DNA of 64,000 nt from an uncultured delta proteobacterium (GCA_963804165.1 CAWDPO010000017.1:1-64000); one strand, 5' to 3'. Shown: positions 30,343 to 41,875, numbered from the stretch's first letter. The notes: generated by a model not told the origin, from the letters alone. Translations and numbers: made by a program.

Positions 30343-32330
30343 CTAGCTGATGTATTTCTCAGCCAACGTTTTTTGCGCCTCGTCTTCCGACATTCTTTCT
30401 ATTTCGGCCAAGACGCGTTCTAAATCTTCGTTGCTGAACAGTTTGCCTCGGTGTTCTTCCACGACCTGGGCCATCCGAGCGACAGTCGGTAATTCAAATA
30501 AGGACCGCAGGGGAATCTCGAACTGAAAATATTTGAACACTTGAGAAATGACCCGGGTGGCAGCCAGCGAGTGGCCTCCCAAGTCAAAAAAATCATCGAG
30601 GATGCCAACCCGCTCGAGGGCTAGCACTTCTGCCCAGATACCCGACAATTCTTTTTCAACCGACGTAACCGGAGCGACATATGCAACGGCCAATTCAGGC
30701 CGGGTATTCGCCGGCTTCGGCAGCGCTCGACGATTCAACTTACCGTTCAGGGTAACCGGCAGCGCTTTGAGCATTACCATTTTTGCCGGAATCATCTCGC
30801 GCGGCAATTTTTCGGCGAGAGCAAGGCGAAGATCGCTTGCCGTCACATGGGTTTCTGCGATGGGCACGACATAGGCTACCAGCTCATTGTTGCCGAAAGC
30901 ATCGTCGTGGATCGCCACCGCCGCTTCTTTTATTCCCGCCACCGACATCAATTCACTTTCTAGCTCTGCCAGCTCGACCCGGTGTCCGCGGATCTTTGCT
31001 TGACGATCATTGCGTCCCAGATGCGTCATACAACCGTCAGCCGACTTAAAACCCAAATCCCCCGAATGAAAGCTTCGCAGGTTAGTCTCGGAGCCGTCGC
31101 GGACAAATCTCCCGGTAGATAGCTCCGGCCTCTGCCAATAACCCTGAGCGAGATAAGGGCTCTTCACCACAATCTCTTCTACCTCGCCTTCGGCTGCGAC
31201 CTTGCCGTTCTCGTCCAATACCAAAACATCGGCATCATCGACGGCATAGCCCACGGGAATAACACTGGTGCTAAAACTTCGTTTGCCGATCAATGAAAAG
31301 CATAGACGCGGAAGCAACCTCAGTCGTGCTGTACTCATTGAGAACAAGGCAAGTGTCAGAAAACTGTTTCCTGTACGCGTCCAGGTCTCTCAGCAAAAGC
31401 GCTTCACCGGAAAGCCAAATCAACCGCAGCGTCGAGCAATGCCTCCGCCCCGTTAAGCTGAAAAGAAGATCACGAAATACGGTGGGGATCGTCTCAAATA
31501 TGGTAATGTGTTGTTGCTCCAAAAAATCTGCTAACAAAGCTGCTCCCTTCGATTTAATATCCCAAGGGCAAAACGTGGCGCCATTAAGCAATGCCAAGAA
31601 CGCCGTCATAATCGCCCCGGTGCCGGCGATGCGGTCCTCGGTGCTCACATGAAGAGCATTGGTGCGGACCATGATGTCGTGGAGCATGTTTCGATGGTTT
31701 TGGAATACGCCCTTCGGATTCCCTGTCGAACCAGAGGTGTAAATAATGTAAGCGAGATTACCAGGCGATTGGGACAATTCTGTTCGATCCGTTGAAAACC
31801 CGCACGCATATTGGTCAACGTCCAGAATTCTCAGATCGCCTTTTGCCAAGTGCGAACTAAGCGCGTTGTAAATCGTCTTGCTGACCAGCAGATTCGCCTG
31901 CGTATCATTTAAAATATCGGCGAGTTGACTCCGTGGTAACGAAGGATTCATCGGGACGAAGAAATTCCCGCTTTTCAAAACGCCAAGGAAAGCAACGATT
32001 CGATCAATTCCGGGCCCCAGGAGAATCCCGATCGGTTCGTGATCAGATTTCTGGAAAGCTCCTATGGCGCGCGCGACCCGATTCGCGGCCAAATCAAGTT
32101 CTCCGTAGCTGAGCGCCTTCTCCAGGGGTGCGGATCGCAATCCGTTCTGGATATTTGCGCGCAATCTTTGCGAACCGATCGGGGATTGACGTTTCAACAT
32201 CTTCTACCGGAAACTCGACAAAGGTTCCGGACGGATGGAAGCACCGATCCTTGATCGCCTGTTGTTCGGGTGGGAGTTGTGACTTTCTATTCCAGAGATC
32301 GCTCACGTGCTTGAGCTTTTCCGCTGCCAT
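30343..32330 (-). CDS. Stand-alone NRPS-like adenylation + carrier (A-T) protein, frameshifts near 32130 and 31275
   Basis: YTSGSTGNPKG, SGDLG, GRNDRQAKIRGHRVELAELE, LNGKLNR, FFDLGGHSL; three ORF pieces join. Confidence 0.85.
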
Positions 32331-32399
32331 AGCTAGAAAATTTACAGGTCCTATCAGGTATCAGACTTGCCTGACTCTACTAACGTTTGACGGGGAAAG

Positions 32400-32543
32400 A
32401 TGATGCGGCGCCATCCGCGAGTCCATGCCGAAGGATTGCTCTTTCACGTAATGGCCGGTGGCAACGACGGGCAGAAATCCGAGTCGGTCAAATTGTCGCT
32501 TAACTCACTGTCCGTGAAACCCGGGCCAGCTCAATTCGACCCC
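32400..32543 (+). pseudogene. Internally deleted RAYT-type remnant (MITE-like)
   Basis: MMRRHPRVHAEGLLFHVMAGGNDGQK resembles the N-terminus of the 3243..4178 protein; end motif agctcaattcgacccc at 32528-32543. Confidence 0.65.
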
Positions 32544-32563
32544 GTTCTCTGCCCGAGCGAGGA

Positions 32564-33586
32564 TTACGCGGCGACCGTTTCGCGCTGCGCGACCTTTGCG
32601 ACCCGCGACATCATCGCTGCGGCATTGCTGCGCAAGATCTTCGCGCGCGCATCTTCGCCGATCTGTGCGTCCTTAAGCGCCTTGCTGGTCCACTCGCAGC
32701 CAAATTCGGTTCCGTCGGTGCCGCACACGATGCGTTCGGCGCCGTACAAGCGAACCGCGGCCTCGATCGCGCCCGGGCCGAACGAGTTGCAATCCACGTA
32801 CACCTTGGCGCGGCGGAAGCGCGACGACGGCAGTTCCTCGTTCGCTGAATCCAGCAGGGAGCGGTGATCCATGCGCTCGATCTCGTACGGAATATTGCCG
32901 CCGAGATTGTGAACCAGGACGGTCGCATCGGGATAGGGCGCGAGGTAGTCGGTGAGGCACAGCGTCACCATCACCGAGGACAGGCTCGCCTGCATGTCGA
33001 GCGTGCCGTTGCGGCGCCGCGCGTTGTCGGTGTCGCCGGCGACCTTGGGAAACGTGTCGCCAGGAAGCGGACCGTGGTGAATGAACACGATGGCGCGGCG
33101 GCGGTTCGCCACCTCCAATAGCGGGCGCATGTTCTCGGCGTCCTTCTTCGTGAGAAATCCGTTTCCGGGCACTTGCGCGCCGACCACGCCTGGCAGCGCC
33201 AGAGCGCGCTCGAACTCGGCAGCGGCGGCAGACATATCCACGAGCGGCAGCGCGGCAAACGCATTGAAGCGCTCGTATTTCTGGCAAAGCCCCGACAGTG
33301 CGTCGTTGACCATCCTGCACAGCGGCAGCGAAACCTCGACCGGCTGCGACTCGATCCAGCAAAACGCACCGAGCAGCGACAGCGCGCTGGTGCTCACGCC
33401 CTGGCGATCCATCCTTGCGAGATGGAATTCCACGTCATCAAACGCCTTGGACACCGGCTCCTCGCCGATCCGGCTCTTCACCACTTCTACGCCGTCCTGA
33501 TTGCGCACGATGCGCGGTTCCTTGGTGCGGGCGCGCAGGGCGTCGATCAGCTCGGCTGGCCTCCAATGAGCATGCATATCGATCAT
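32564..33586 (-). CDS. Amidohydrolase-2 family (ACMSD-like)
   Basis: IDMHAH, VFIHH, HNLGG, GTDG. Confidence 0.88.
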   Translation of the reverse strand: MIDMHAHWRPAELIDALRARTKEPRIVRNQDGVEVVKSRIGEEPVSKAFDDVEFHLARMDRQGVSTSALSLLGAFCWIESQPVEVSLPLCRMVNDALSGLCQKYERFNAFAALPLVDMSAAAAEFERALALPGVVGAQVPGNGFLTKKDAENMRPLLEVANRRRAIVFIHHGPLPGDTFPKVAGDTDNARRRNGTLDMQASLSSVMVTLCLTDYLAPYPDATVLVHNLGGNIPYEIERMDHRSLLDSANEELPSSRFRRAKVYVDCNSFGPGAIEAAVRLYGAERIVCGTDGTEFGCEWTSKALKDAQIGEDARAKILRSNAAAMMSRVAKVAQRETVAA

Positions 33587-33683
33587 GGCTGTCTCCTTAG
33601 TTTATCGAGGTTATTTGCCAACTATCGGGCAATCTATTCCAACGGCCACAGCGTGGCAAGCGCTTTCCCGACCCTAAAATATT

Positions 33684-33770
33684 TGTTCCAACCGTTCCAG
33701 CGGTTCCAATGGTTCCAACCGTTTAAGTAGGAAAACTCGTTTCAATGGTTCCAGACGTTTCAAGCGGTTA
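33684..33770. repeat. 9-bp periodic GTTYCA tandem repeats
   Basis: gttccaacc-gttccagcg-gttccaatg-gttccaacc-gtttaag ... gtttcaatg-gttccagac-gtttcaagc; related ttgaac units at ~7905-7940. Confidence 0.6.
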
Positions 33771-33894
33771 ATTCTACCGATTTGACCAGACCGGCTCTTG
33801 TTGCAGTCACAACGCCTGCTCGGTTATGTTCGCAAAGGTTTTACAAACCCCACCGTGGAGTTGAATTCTTCTTTACATTTTGAAGGAGGTTCAC

Positions 33895-35182
33895 ATGGCA
33901 GATTTATTTCGGTTGTCGGCGGGTGAAGCGGCGGCGCGGATTCGTGAAGGCAAACTGACGTCCGAAGCTTTGGTACGCTCCTGTCTCGAGCGGATCGATT
34001 CGCGGGAATCGCAAGTCAAAGCGTGGGTTCATTTGGATCGAGACTTTGCTCTTGCGCAGGCCCGAGAATGCGACCGGAGCGCGAGCCGCGGTCCGATTCA
34101 CGGAGTGCCATTCGCCGCCAAGGACATCATGGACACGGCCGACTTGCCCACGGAGTACGGCTCTCCGATCTACAAAGGCAATCGTCCCGCGGCGGACGCG
34201 GCGTGCGTGGCACTGAGCCGCGCGGCGGGCGGGGTGCTGTTGGGCAAGACGGTGACGACCGAGTTCGCCAGTCGATTTCCATTGGGGAAGACGACGAATC
34301 CGCACAACCCGCAGCATACGCCCGGCGGTTCCTCGAGCGGCTCCGCTGCCGCGGTCGGAGATTTCATGGTGCCGCTGGCCTTTGGCACCCAGACTGTCGG
34401 ATCGGTGATTCGTCCAGCAGCGTTCTGCGGCTGCGTCGGCTACAAACCGAGTTACGGCGAAGTGAGCACGCAGGGCGTGAAGCAAAATACCGCATCCTTC
34501 GACACCGTGGGGCTTTTCGCTCGCGCGGTCGAGGACCTCGCTCTGTTTCGCGCCGCGGTCACAGGATTCGCCGCGAAGCCTCTGGCCGCCGTTCCAGTGA
34601 ACGAGCTCAAGATCGGCTTTTGCCGCACCATGTTCTGGGACCGCGCGGAGGATTACACGAAAACCTTGCTCGAAGAGGCCGCAAGCGCGCTGGCGAAGGC
34701 CGGAGCGAAGGTCGCCGATTTCGATCTCGGAAAGCCGTTCGAACAGTTCGAGGCCATGGGCCGGCGCATCAATGATTACGAGTTCTCCCGTGGCCTCACC
34801 TGGGAACGGAGCAATCACTGGAACCTTTTGAGCGAGTTCCAGCGCGATAAACTTGCCGGCATGGCTCAATGTCTCCTACGAACAATACCGAGAGGCCGAA
34901 GCCGTGCTGGGTCAGTGCCGCGGACATCTCGCCGACTCGATGAAAGGTATAGACCTGCTGCTCACGCCCAGTGCTCTCGGAGAGGCCCCGGCGGGACTCA
35001 GCAGCACGGGCGACACCTCGTTCAATATTCTGTCGACCTGGACTTATACTCCCTGCGTCACCTTGCCCGTGTTCACCGGACCGTCCGGTCTGCCGGTCGG
35101 CATTCAGTTGATCGGTCATCGAAACCAAGATCACCGCATGTTGGAAGCGGCCCAGGCCGTGTACCAGGTGTTCTCGAAATAG
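33895..35182 (+). CDS. Amidase (amidase-signature family), +1 frameshift near 34860
   Basis: KD, GKTVTTEFA, TPGGSSSGSAAAV, GTQTVGS; C-terminus in ORF 34853..35182 (GLPVGIQLIG). Confidence 0.88.
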
Positions 35183-35228
35183 CCGTGCTCGTCTTGGTCT
35201 GAGAACCTGGTCGCTGGAGGTTGAACCC

Positions 35229-36578
35229 ATGCAGAACGGAGATCGCGATATCATCGTCATCGGCGCCGGAGGGTGCGGTCTGATGGCGGCGCTGGTGGCC
35301 GCAAAAAAGGGCGCGCGGGTGCTGTTGCTCGAGAAAACCGACAAGCCTGGCGGCGGCACGGCTTTTTCTTCCAAGGGTATTCGCGCCGCGGCGAGCCGCC
35401 GGCAGCGCGAGTTGAAGATCGCGGACAGCGCGGCTCTCTACGCAGAGGATATTTTGCGGCGGAACAACGGCGAGAGCGATGCCATTCTGACGCACCGGCT
35501 GGCGGAGAATTCGGGGAGGGTCGCCGACTTTCTCGCGGACGAAGCCGGCGTCGAATTCCAGATCGGCGAGTTCGCCTTCGGCCACAGCGCGCAGCGCTCC
35601 CACTCGTGGAAGGAAGACAAAACCATCACCGATTTTCTCTTCGCGGCGGTGGAGCAGGAAAAGAACATCGAGGTGCGCTTCTCCACCTCGGTGCGCACGC
35701 TCGAGCGGGACGCCGACGGTGCGGTGACCGGCGTAAAAACCGACGACGGCATTTTCAGCGCTCGAAAAATTATTCTAGCCTCCGGCGGATTCGGAGCGAG
35801 CGCGGAGCTGCTCTCCAGGTACATTCCCAAAGCCGTCGGCATTCCCTTCCCCGGCCATCATGGCAGCACCGGCGATGGCATCAAAATGGGCTTGGAGATC
35901 GGGGCGGCAGTGGAAAATATGGGCGGGTTCCAGCCCTATCCGGCCTACCTCGGTCCGGGAAAGCGCGCTGTGCCGCCGGAGGTGGCGCTGTCCGGCGGAA
36001 TCATGGTCGATGCCGGCGGAAAGCGTTTTGTCGATGAGACCCGATACCCGGGCGGCCTCGGCGTTAGAATGCTGGATCTACCCGGCAAGCAAGCCTACGA
36101 GATTTTCGATGAGCGGATTTTCCAATTGCATCGAGACGCGCCCGGGCTGAGAAGCTTGGGCCGTCTTTTCGATGCGGGGCTTTTGCTGCGAGCCGAAACC
36201 GCGGAGAAACTCGCGGGGAAAATCGGAATCGACGCCGATGGGCTGATGCGAACCATCCGCGAGTGCAACGCGCTCGCTGCGAGTCATGGAAAAGATGCTT
36301 TCGGCCGCGTTCTGCCGCAGCCTCTTGAGGCGCCCTATTATGGAATCAGAGTGACCGTGGCGCTGTACCATACCCAGGGCGGCTTGAAAGTGACCGCGGA
36401 CGGCCAAGTCATGCGCGCCGATGGGTCCATCATCTCTAACCTTTACGCCGGCGGCGGTGTCGCAGTAGGCGTGTCAGGCCAAGGGCTGGAAGGCTATTTG
36501 CCGGGAAACGGGTTATTGGCTTCTCTCGGTCTCGGCATGATAGCGGCGGAGCATGCAGTAACTACGTTGAGCGAGTGA
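35229..36578 (+). CDS. FAD-dependent oxidoreductase (fumarate reductase/flavocytochrome c flavoprotein family)
   Basis: IGAGGCG, LASGGF, TGDG, HTQGGL, NLYAGG, YLPGNGL. Confidence 0.85.
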   Translation: MQNGDRDIIVIGAGGCGLMAALVAAKKGARVLLLEKTDKPGGGTAFSSKGIRAAASRRQRELKIADSAALYAEDILRRNNGESDAILTHRLAENSGRVADFLADEAGVEFQIGEFAFGHSAQRSHSWKEDKTITDFLFAAVEQEKNIEVRFSTSVRTLERDADGAVTGVKTDDGIFSARKIILASGGFGASAELLSRYIPKAVGIPFPGHHGSTGDGIKMGLEIGAAVENMGGFQPYPAYLGPGKRAVPPEVALSGGIMVDAGGKRFVDETRYPGGLGVRMLDLPGKQAYEIFDERIFQLHRDAPGLRSLGRLFDAGLLLRAETAEKLAGKIGIDADGLMRTIRECNALAASHGKDAFGRVLPQPLEAPYYGIRVTVALYHTQGGLKVTADGQVMRADGSIISNLYAGGGVAVGVSGQGLEGYLPGNGLLASLGLGMIAAEHAVTTLSE

Positions 36579-36587
36579 GCGCATTGC

Positions 36588-37680
36588 ATGGACGAGACAA
36601 TCTACCGCGATCGACACGATTACGCTGCGCATTCCGTTGGACATCTGGGCTCCGGCGCCGATGGCTCAAGGCGTGCCGCGCACGCATGTTGAAAGCCTTT
36701 ATGTACGCGTGACGACCAGCGGCGGCGTGGTGGGTTGGGGTGAGTCCTTCGGCACAGGCCGTCCCATGGTTGTCGCAGCGTTCGACAACTGGATCAGGCG
36801 TCTCGCCGTTGGACAGAGCGCCACGGATGAGGAACTTGTCCCGCGCATAGAACGGATGCTGCTTTCATTGAGCCGCTCCGGTCCGCTGGCCCACGCGCTC
36901 GCGGGACTCGACATTGCGCTGTGGGACATTCGGGGAAAGCTTGCGGGTGTTCCGGTGTCGACGCTCCTTGGCGGCGCCAAGCGAACGCACGTCGAATGCT
37001 ATGCCTCGCTGCTGCAATATTACGGCAACCCGGAATACATCAAGCGCAACACCGCTCGCGCTCTCGAACGCGGCTATCGTCAGATCAAGCTGCATGAGCG
37101 CACTCCCGAGGCGGTCGCGGCCGCGCGCGAGGTGACGGGCCCGGACATTCCTCTTATGGTGGATACCAACTGCGCTTGGACAGCGGCCGAAGCTGAGACG
37201 GCCGTCGCGGCGATAGCGCCGTACAAACCGTTCTGGGTCGAGGAGCCGATCTATCCTCCGGAAGACTTCGAAGCGCTCGCCAAGCTGCGCACGATCACCG
37301 GCGTACCCATGGGGATCGGCGAGAACGCAACCAGCCTGCGTGATTTTCGCAGAATGGTCACCATCGGCAGGGCTGATTACATTCAGCCCAGCATCGTCAA
37401 ACTGGGCATCACCGCCATGGCAAAAGTAGCAGCCGAAGTCGAGCAAGCGGGCGCCCTCTGCGTACCGAACGCCTTTTATCTGGGACCGGCGTTTCTAGCG
37501 GTGTTGCATTGCCTCGCGGCAAAGGACAAAGATTCTCCGCTGGAGCGGATGTTTGCCGATTTTGGCGCTACTCCGTTCTCCAAGACCGTGCCTGTATTCA
37601 ACGGCGGAGTTGAAGTTCCGGAGGGCCCAGGTCTCGGTGTGGACCCGGAAGACGACCTGATTGCACAGTTCAGAGTGTAA
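36588..37680 (+). CDS. Mandelate racemase/muconate lactonizing enzyme family, +1 frameshift near 36602
   Basis: GWGE, DIALWDIRGK, MVDTN, WVEEP, GEN; ATG 36588 joins the frame if one base is removed. Confidence 0.88.
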
Positions 37681-37776
37681 GTCCGGATCAGTGTTAAGCG
37701 TGAGTCTGAGCTTTGCACGATCAACCGAATCGCCTCAGGCCTCATGCCTCACGGCTATTCGACAAGGAGAATTTTC

Positions 37777-37989
37777 ATGCGAAGATTTCTTGCCGCCTGC
37801 CTGCTCCTGCTGCTCACGGGCTGCGGCGATAAGGCGAAGGATTTATACGATACCGCGCAGCTCGAAGAGAAGCAGTTCAACAAGCCGCACGCTACGAAGC
37901 TTTATCGGCAGATCGTAGAAGAATATCCCGACTCGCCGTACGCGAATCAGGCAAAGACTCGTTTGGCCGAGTTGGAGAAAGCGCGTTAG
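37777..37989 (+). CDS. Small TPR-like lipoprotein
   Basis: RBS aaggag; lipobox LLTGC; YRQIVEEYPDSPYANQAKTRL. Confidence 0.75.
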   Translation: MRRFLAACLLLLLTGCGDKAKDLYDTAQLEEKQFNKPHATKLYRQIVEEYPDSPYANQAKTRLAELEKAR

Positions 37990-38200
37990 AGATTCATCAA
38001 GGACCGTGCCCCTCCTTTCCCTGCACGATTGACTCTCGGCATTCGTTTCCTTTTAAGCCGTTAAACGATGCCTTTCATGCTGCCTTACATTGCTCAATCA
38101 AGAAGTGGCCCTGGTCCGAGCCGCAGCCGTCCCGCGTTTCAGCCGGCGGCCGCAGACGGTGATCGACGGCGGGGCTCGGGCGATCGTGGTGGAGAAGTGC

Positions 38201-38668
38201 TCAGTGGCGGCGGAGTTCTTCTATAAGGGCTTCAGAACGGGCAACGGCGTCTTGAGTGGGCTCATGACCGCTCTTACAGTGTGATGCGACTTCCTGTGAA
38301 TCTTTGGACAATGCGCGGGACTTTTCCTGCAGTCTGTGGCTCTGCTTTAGTAAATGTCTAGCATTTTTTTCATCATCATCAGAGGGACGAAATTCCAGGT
38401 TGCCTATTTGTTGAATGGACTCACCGCTATGCTGTTGCAGAAGTTCAAACACCTGGCGGCAAAGCGAACCCTCTCTAAACAACAGGGTGCCCATGTATGA
38501 AGAGCCTTGAAATTCCATCATTAGGTAACATGTTGTTAGCGGCTCAAACCGAGAACGAACAACGCTTCTGAGAATCCCAATTTCACCGATCAACTTTGCG
38601 TTGCCCTCACCCTCAGTTCTGATCCAGTTGGGTGGCCAGTCTATTGATGAACAGCGGCGGAGTTGCAT
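38201..38668 (-). CDS. Hypothetical protein
   Basis: 155-aa ORF (WPPNW..GEIGIL..YMGTLLF); no recognised family. Confidence 0.5.
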   Translation of the reverse strand: MQLRRCSSIDWPPNWIRTEGEGNAKLIGEIGILRSVVRSRFEPLTTCYLMMEFQGSSYMGTLLFREGSLCRQVFELLQQHSGESIQQIGNLEFRPSDDDEKNARHLLKQSHRLQEKSRALSKDSQEVASHCKSGHEPTQDAVARSEALIEELRRH

Positions 38669-39141
38669 CGGGAGGACCTCATCTCTACATTCAAAAGCGT
38701 ACCGTCTTCTACGAAAACATAAGCAAACGTACGCCCGAATCTACGCTCATGGTTGATATGCTGGTTCGCCTCGTCGTACAGATCAGGACTGGGGTATTTA
38801 TAGGCCATGGAGCGAAGCGCGTATCGCTCTCGCGGAACGCCGCTTTCGTTCGAACGTTGATTCCGCCGATGACCCGGCCATCGATGTCACGCAGTGGCGT
38901 GGATACGGCGTGGTTGCTCTAGGGTCTTTTCCACTTGTGTCACCAATAACGTACACTTGAATAACGACAATCATCGGATCTTGGATTTTCAACTCTGCAA
39001 AAAATGTTCTTCGGCGTCGGGATCACGATCGTATTTTTTGTTTCGATTTCAAATCCGGCCGCAGACTTTTGGCGTATATTCTCGTGTAGGCTAAACGAAC
39101 GCTGCCTGCGAGGAAATAAGTTCTAGATCGGTTTCCGGCTC

Positions 39142-39801
39142 TTGACTGGCAGAATTGCGCCGGGCATGATCCTCGCCGTGGCTGCACCGGATACCAAGAC
39201 GCTCGGGGATATTCTAGATGCCGATAAGTCAAAGGTTCGCGTATCCGAGGATGAGTGGCTACAGCTCGTCCGAGCCGTCGCCGGCGGTGACCAGGGTGCA
39301 CTGCATTCCCTTTACGAGCAAACGCATCGAATCGTTTTTACATTAATTGTGCGGATAATGGCGAATCGAGAAACTGCCGAAGAAGTGACGCTCGATGTGT
39401 TCCATGAAGTATGGCGGAAAGCCTCGACCTATGATCCTGCTAACGGATCGGTCGTCGGCTGGATCATGAATCAGGCGCGCAGCAGGGCGATTGATCGCCT
39501 GCGGTTCGATCAGAGAAAAAAACGAGTGAACACGTATCCGGACAGCTTGCGGCCGACAACGGACATTGTTGATCCTCAACAAGCCTGCTTGTTTAAGGAG
39601 CAGAGCCACCTGGTGCGGAATGCGCTTGAGGTGCTGACTCCAGAAGAACGAAATGCGATCGAAACCGCATTTTTTTCTGAATTGACTTATGAAGAAACGG
39701 CAAGGAACTTGAATCAACCTCTCGGAACCGTGAAGACGCGAATCCGCTCCGGACTGGGAAAACTTCGAGAGGCGCTGGGAAGGAAATTGAAGGCCGGATG
39801 A
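39142..39801 (+). CDS. ECF sigma-70 factor (SigK/RpoE-like)
   Basis: AEEVTLDVFHEVW, ARSRAIDRLR, PLGTVKTRIRSGL. Confidence 0.92.
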   Translation: MTGRIAPGMILAVAAPDTKTLGDILDADKSKVRVSEDEWLQLVRAVAGGDQGALHSLYEQTHRIVFTLIVRIMANRETAEEVTLDVFHEVWRKASTYDPANGSVVGWIMNQARSRAIDRLRFDQRKKRVNTYPDSLRPTTDIVDPQQACLFKEQSHLVRNALEVLTPEERNAIETAFFSELTYEETARNLNQPLGTVKTRIRSGLGKLREALGRKLKAG

Positions 39802-40379
39802 ACGCAAAACCGGGCACACACAGTCAAGAGCATCTGGATCTCGTGTTTCTGTTTGCATTGCAGGCGCTTCCTCCGCGCGAGACCGCTTCGGTTGAAGCTC
39901 AAATCTCCTCATGCGAGGATTGCCGGCAGGAAATCGAGACGCTCCGGCCCATTGTTCGCTCGTTTGTCGGCTGGTCCGTCGATGTGTTGCGGCCTCCGGA
40001 ATCTCTATGGGGCCGGCTCGCGCAGCGAATCGCCAGCGAAACGGCCACGCGGCCGTTCGTACCTCCGTTGGAAGCGCCGGTTAAACCAGAGTGGGAGGAA
40101 GCGGCGCCAGGTCTCCACGTTAAAATACTCGCGACGAACGCGGAAAACGACAGCGTGAGCATGTTGGTCCGCCTCGATCCAGGAACCGATTATCCCGGAC
40201 ACAAGCATGCGGGCATCGAAGAACTGCATCTTCTCCACGGCATATTGAAGGTCGATGACCGAACACTATATCCCGGCGATTTCATCCACGCCGAAGCGGG
40301 CAGCGTCGATCATCGTGTGTGGAGTGAAACTGGCTGTACCTGCTTTCTGGTGACCTCGACGAAAGACGCCCTTTTCTGA
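39798..40379 (+). CDS. Anti-sigma factor with ChrR-like cupin domain
   Basis: ZAS-like xxxxCEDC (Q in place of H); cupin YPGHKHAGIEEL...GDF...H; ATGA overlap with the sigma gene. Confidence 0.85.
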   Translation: MNAKPGTHSQEHLDLVFLFALQALPPRETASVEAQISSCEDCRQEIETLRPIVRSFVGWSVDVLRPPESLWGRLAQRIASETATRPFVPPLEAPVKPEWEEAAPGLHVKILATNAENDSVSMLVRLDPGTDYPGHKHAGIEELHLLHGILKVDDRTLYPGDFIHAEAGSVDHRVWSETGCTCFLVTSTKDALF

Positions 40380-40458
40380 TTTCTGGTCTTCGCCGTATCT
40401 CGGTAACCGTTGCTCGATACCGCGGCAGTCTGAAACTGGATTGGGTTTCCTATCCACG

Positions 40459-41178
40459 TCACCATTCCTTTCTTTTCTGGGCGACGTTTTTCCAGATTTG
40501 CGCAAACTCGGGATGGTCTCGTAAATAGCCGGCGTAGAGTTGTCCGAATCCAGACATCATCTCCGCTCTTCTCGGCGGCTCCGCAGGATACAAGCGGATA
40601 ACGAACCGGCCGCGCTCATCCGACAGGGCGAAGCAAGGTAATACCGGCGCTCCTAAAAGTTCGACGGTCTCAATCAGCCGACCATCGAGAAAAAACCTTC
40701 CGTAGAAAAATGGGATCTCGAACTGCGGCTCGCCTTGAGAAAATCCGCGCATGGATAGATGGACGACCTCGTTGCGCCCAAGCGCGCGCTCGATCTTTGC
40801 GAGTGCCTGCAGACCTTGGTGGCGATCGTCACCGTAGTTGATATGCTCCCAACGGGCATAGCTTCCTTCGCCCCAGCGCTCCGAGATATCATCGCCGCGC
40901 CAGCCGAAACCGGTGCGGTTCATGCGGTAGCCGCGCTCGGCCAACGCCGGGGCGACAACCCGCTCGAAGCCGTAAAAGTGCCCCGATAAGAGAAATGCGC
41001 CGCGCCCTTCACGCAGCGCCGCCTCGAGGTGTTCCTCGCCGTCGACGAGCACAAGCTCGTTATGCCGCTCCGCCCAGCCGGGCCAAGCCCACACCAGGGT
41101 ACGGCCCCATTTGCGGTAGATAAGGTGCTTTCTTCCTAGCTCCTCTAGCCGCGCCGGGTCATAGGATGAAGCCAACAC
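40459..41178 (-). pseudogene. Lipid A lauroyl-type/lysophospholipid acyltransferase, probably N-terminally truncated
   Basis: GEEHLEAALREGRGAFLLSGHFYGFE (Hx4E), APVLP. Confidence 0.65.
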
Positions 41179-41741
41179 GGTCCGAAAATATTTGAGCCGC
41201 GACTTGCGAATGAGTCCCGAGCGAGCCGCGAGGCAATGTCGGGGTCCTTCCCCGGTTCAAGATTTACAACCCGCGTAGGCTTCCAGTCGTCGATGTCATA
41301 ATCGTGAGCCACGATACGGGATCCTGGTTTGAGTTTCTGTAGCTTGGATCGAATCGCGTTGTTGAACCATTTGAACATGTAGAGTGTGACTACCGTTGCC
41401 TTGGAAATATCCGTTTGGGTCCCGTCTTCCGCGCGAAATTCGAGCAGATGGCTGACCCCTTCCTCTGTCGCCTTTTGTTTAGCCTCCGCTATGCGTTGCG
41501 GGTCCAAATCAACTCCGACGCCTCGCGTGCTATATTTTTTGGCGGCATGAATGAGTATCCGTCCATCGCCGCAGCCCAGGTCGTATATTACGTCGCCTTT
41601 CCTGACTCCAGCCAGTTCAAGCATACGCTCAACAACTGGCATCGTCGTGGGCACAAACGGGATGGGCTCTTGTGACCAGACCGTGGCGTTATTCAAAACG
41701 AATAGTAAAGCTAAGAATGATGCGATTTGCTTGAGCTTCAA
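41145..41741 (-). CDS. Class I SAM methyltransferase with signal-like N-terminus, C-terminus possibly disrupted
   Basis: PFVPT..VVERMLELA, YDLGCGDGRI, ATVVTLY, LKPGSRIVAHDY. Confidence 0.85.
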   Translation of the reverse strand: MKLKQIASFLALLFVLNNATVWSQEPIPFVPTTMPVVERMLELAGVRKGDVIYDLGCGDGRILIHAAKKYSTRGVGVDLDPQRIAEAKQKATEEGVSHLLEFRAEDGTQTDISKATVVTLYMFKWFNNAIRSKLQKLKPGSRIVAHDYDIDDWKPTRVVNLEPGKDPDIASRLARDSFASRGSNIFGPCWLHPMTRRG

Positions 41742-41875
41742 GTGCCCACCTCTCAGTCGTAAAATTTGGTGTATCCGTTCAGAATCGCATGAAATGTCAA
41801 ACGACCCGTGAGTTGGATTCAGCGTGAGTTTATTTCGTTGGAGGATTCAATCGAATCTGGGGGTTAACGCAATGC

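Noticed and set aside
33684-33770. GTTCCA repeats as a CRISPR array
   Set aside because: 9-bp period with no unique spacers
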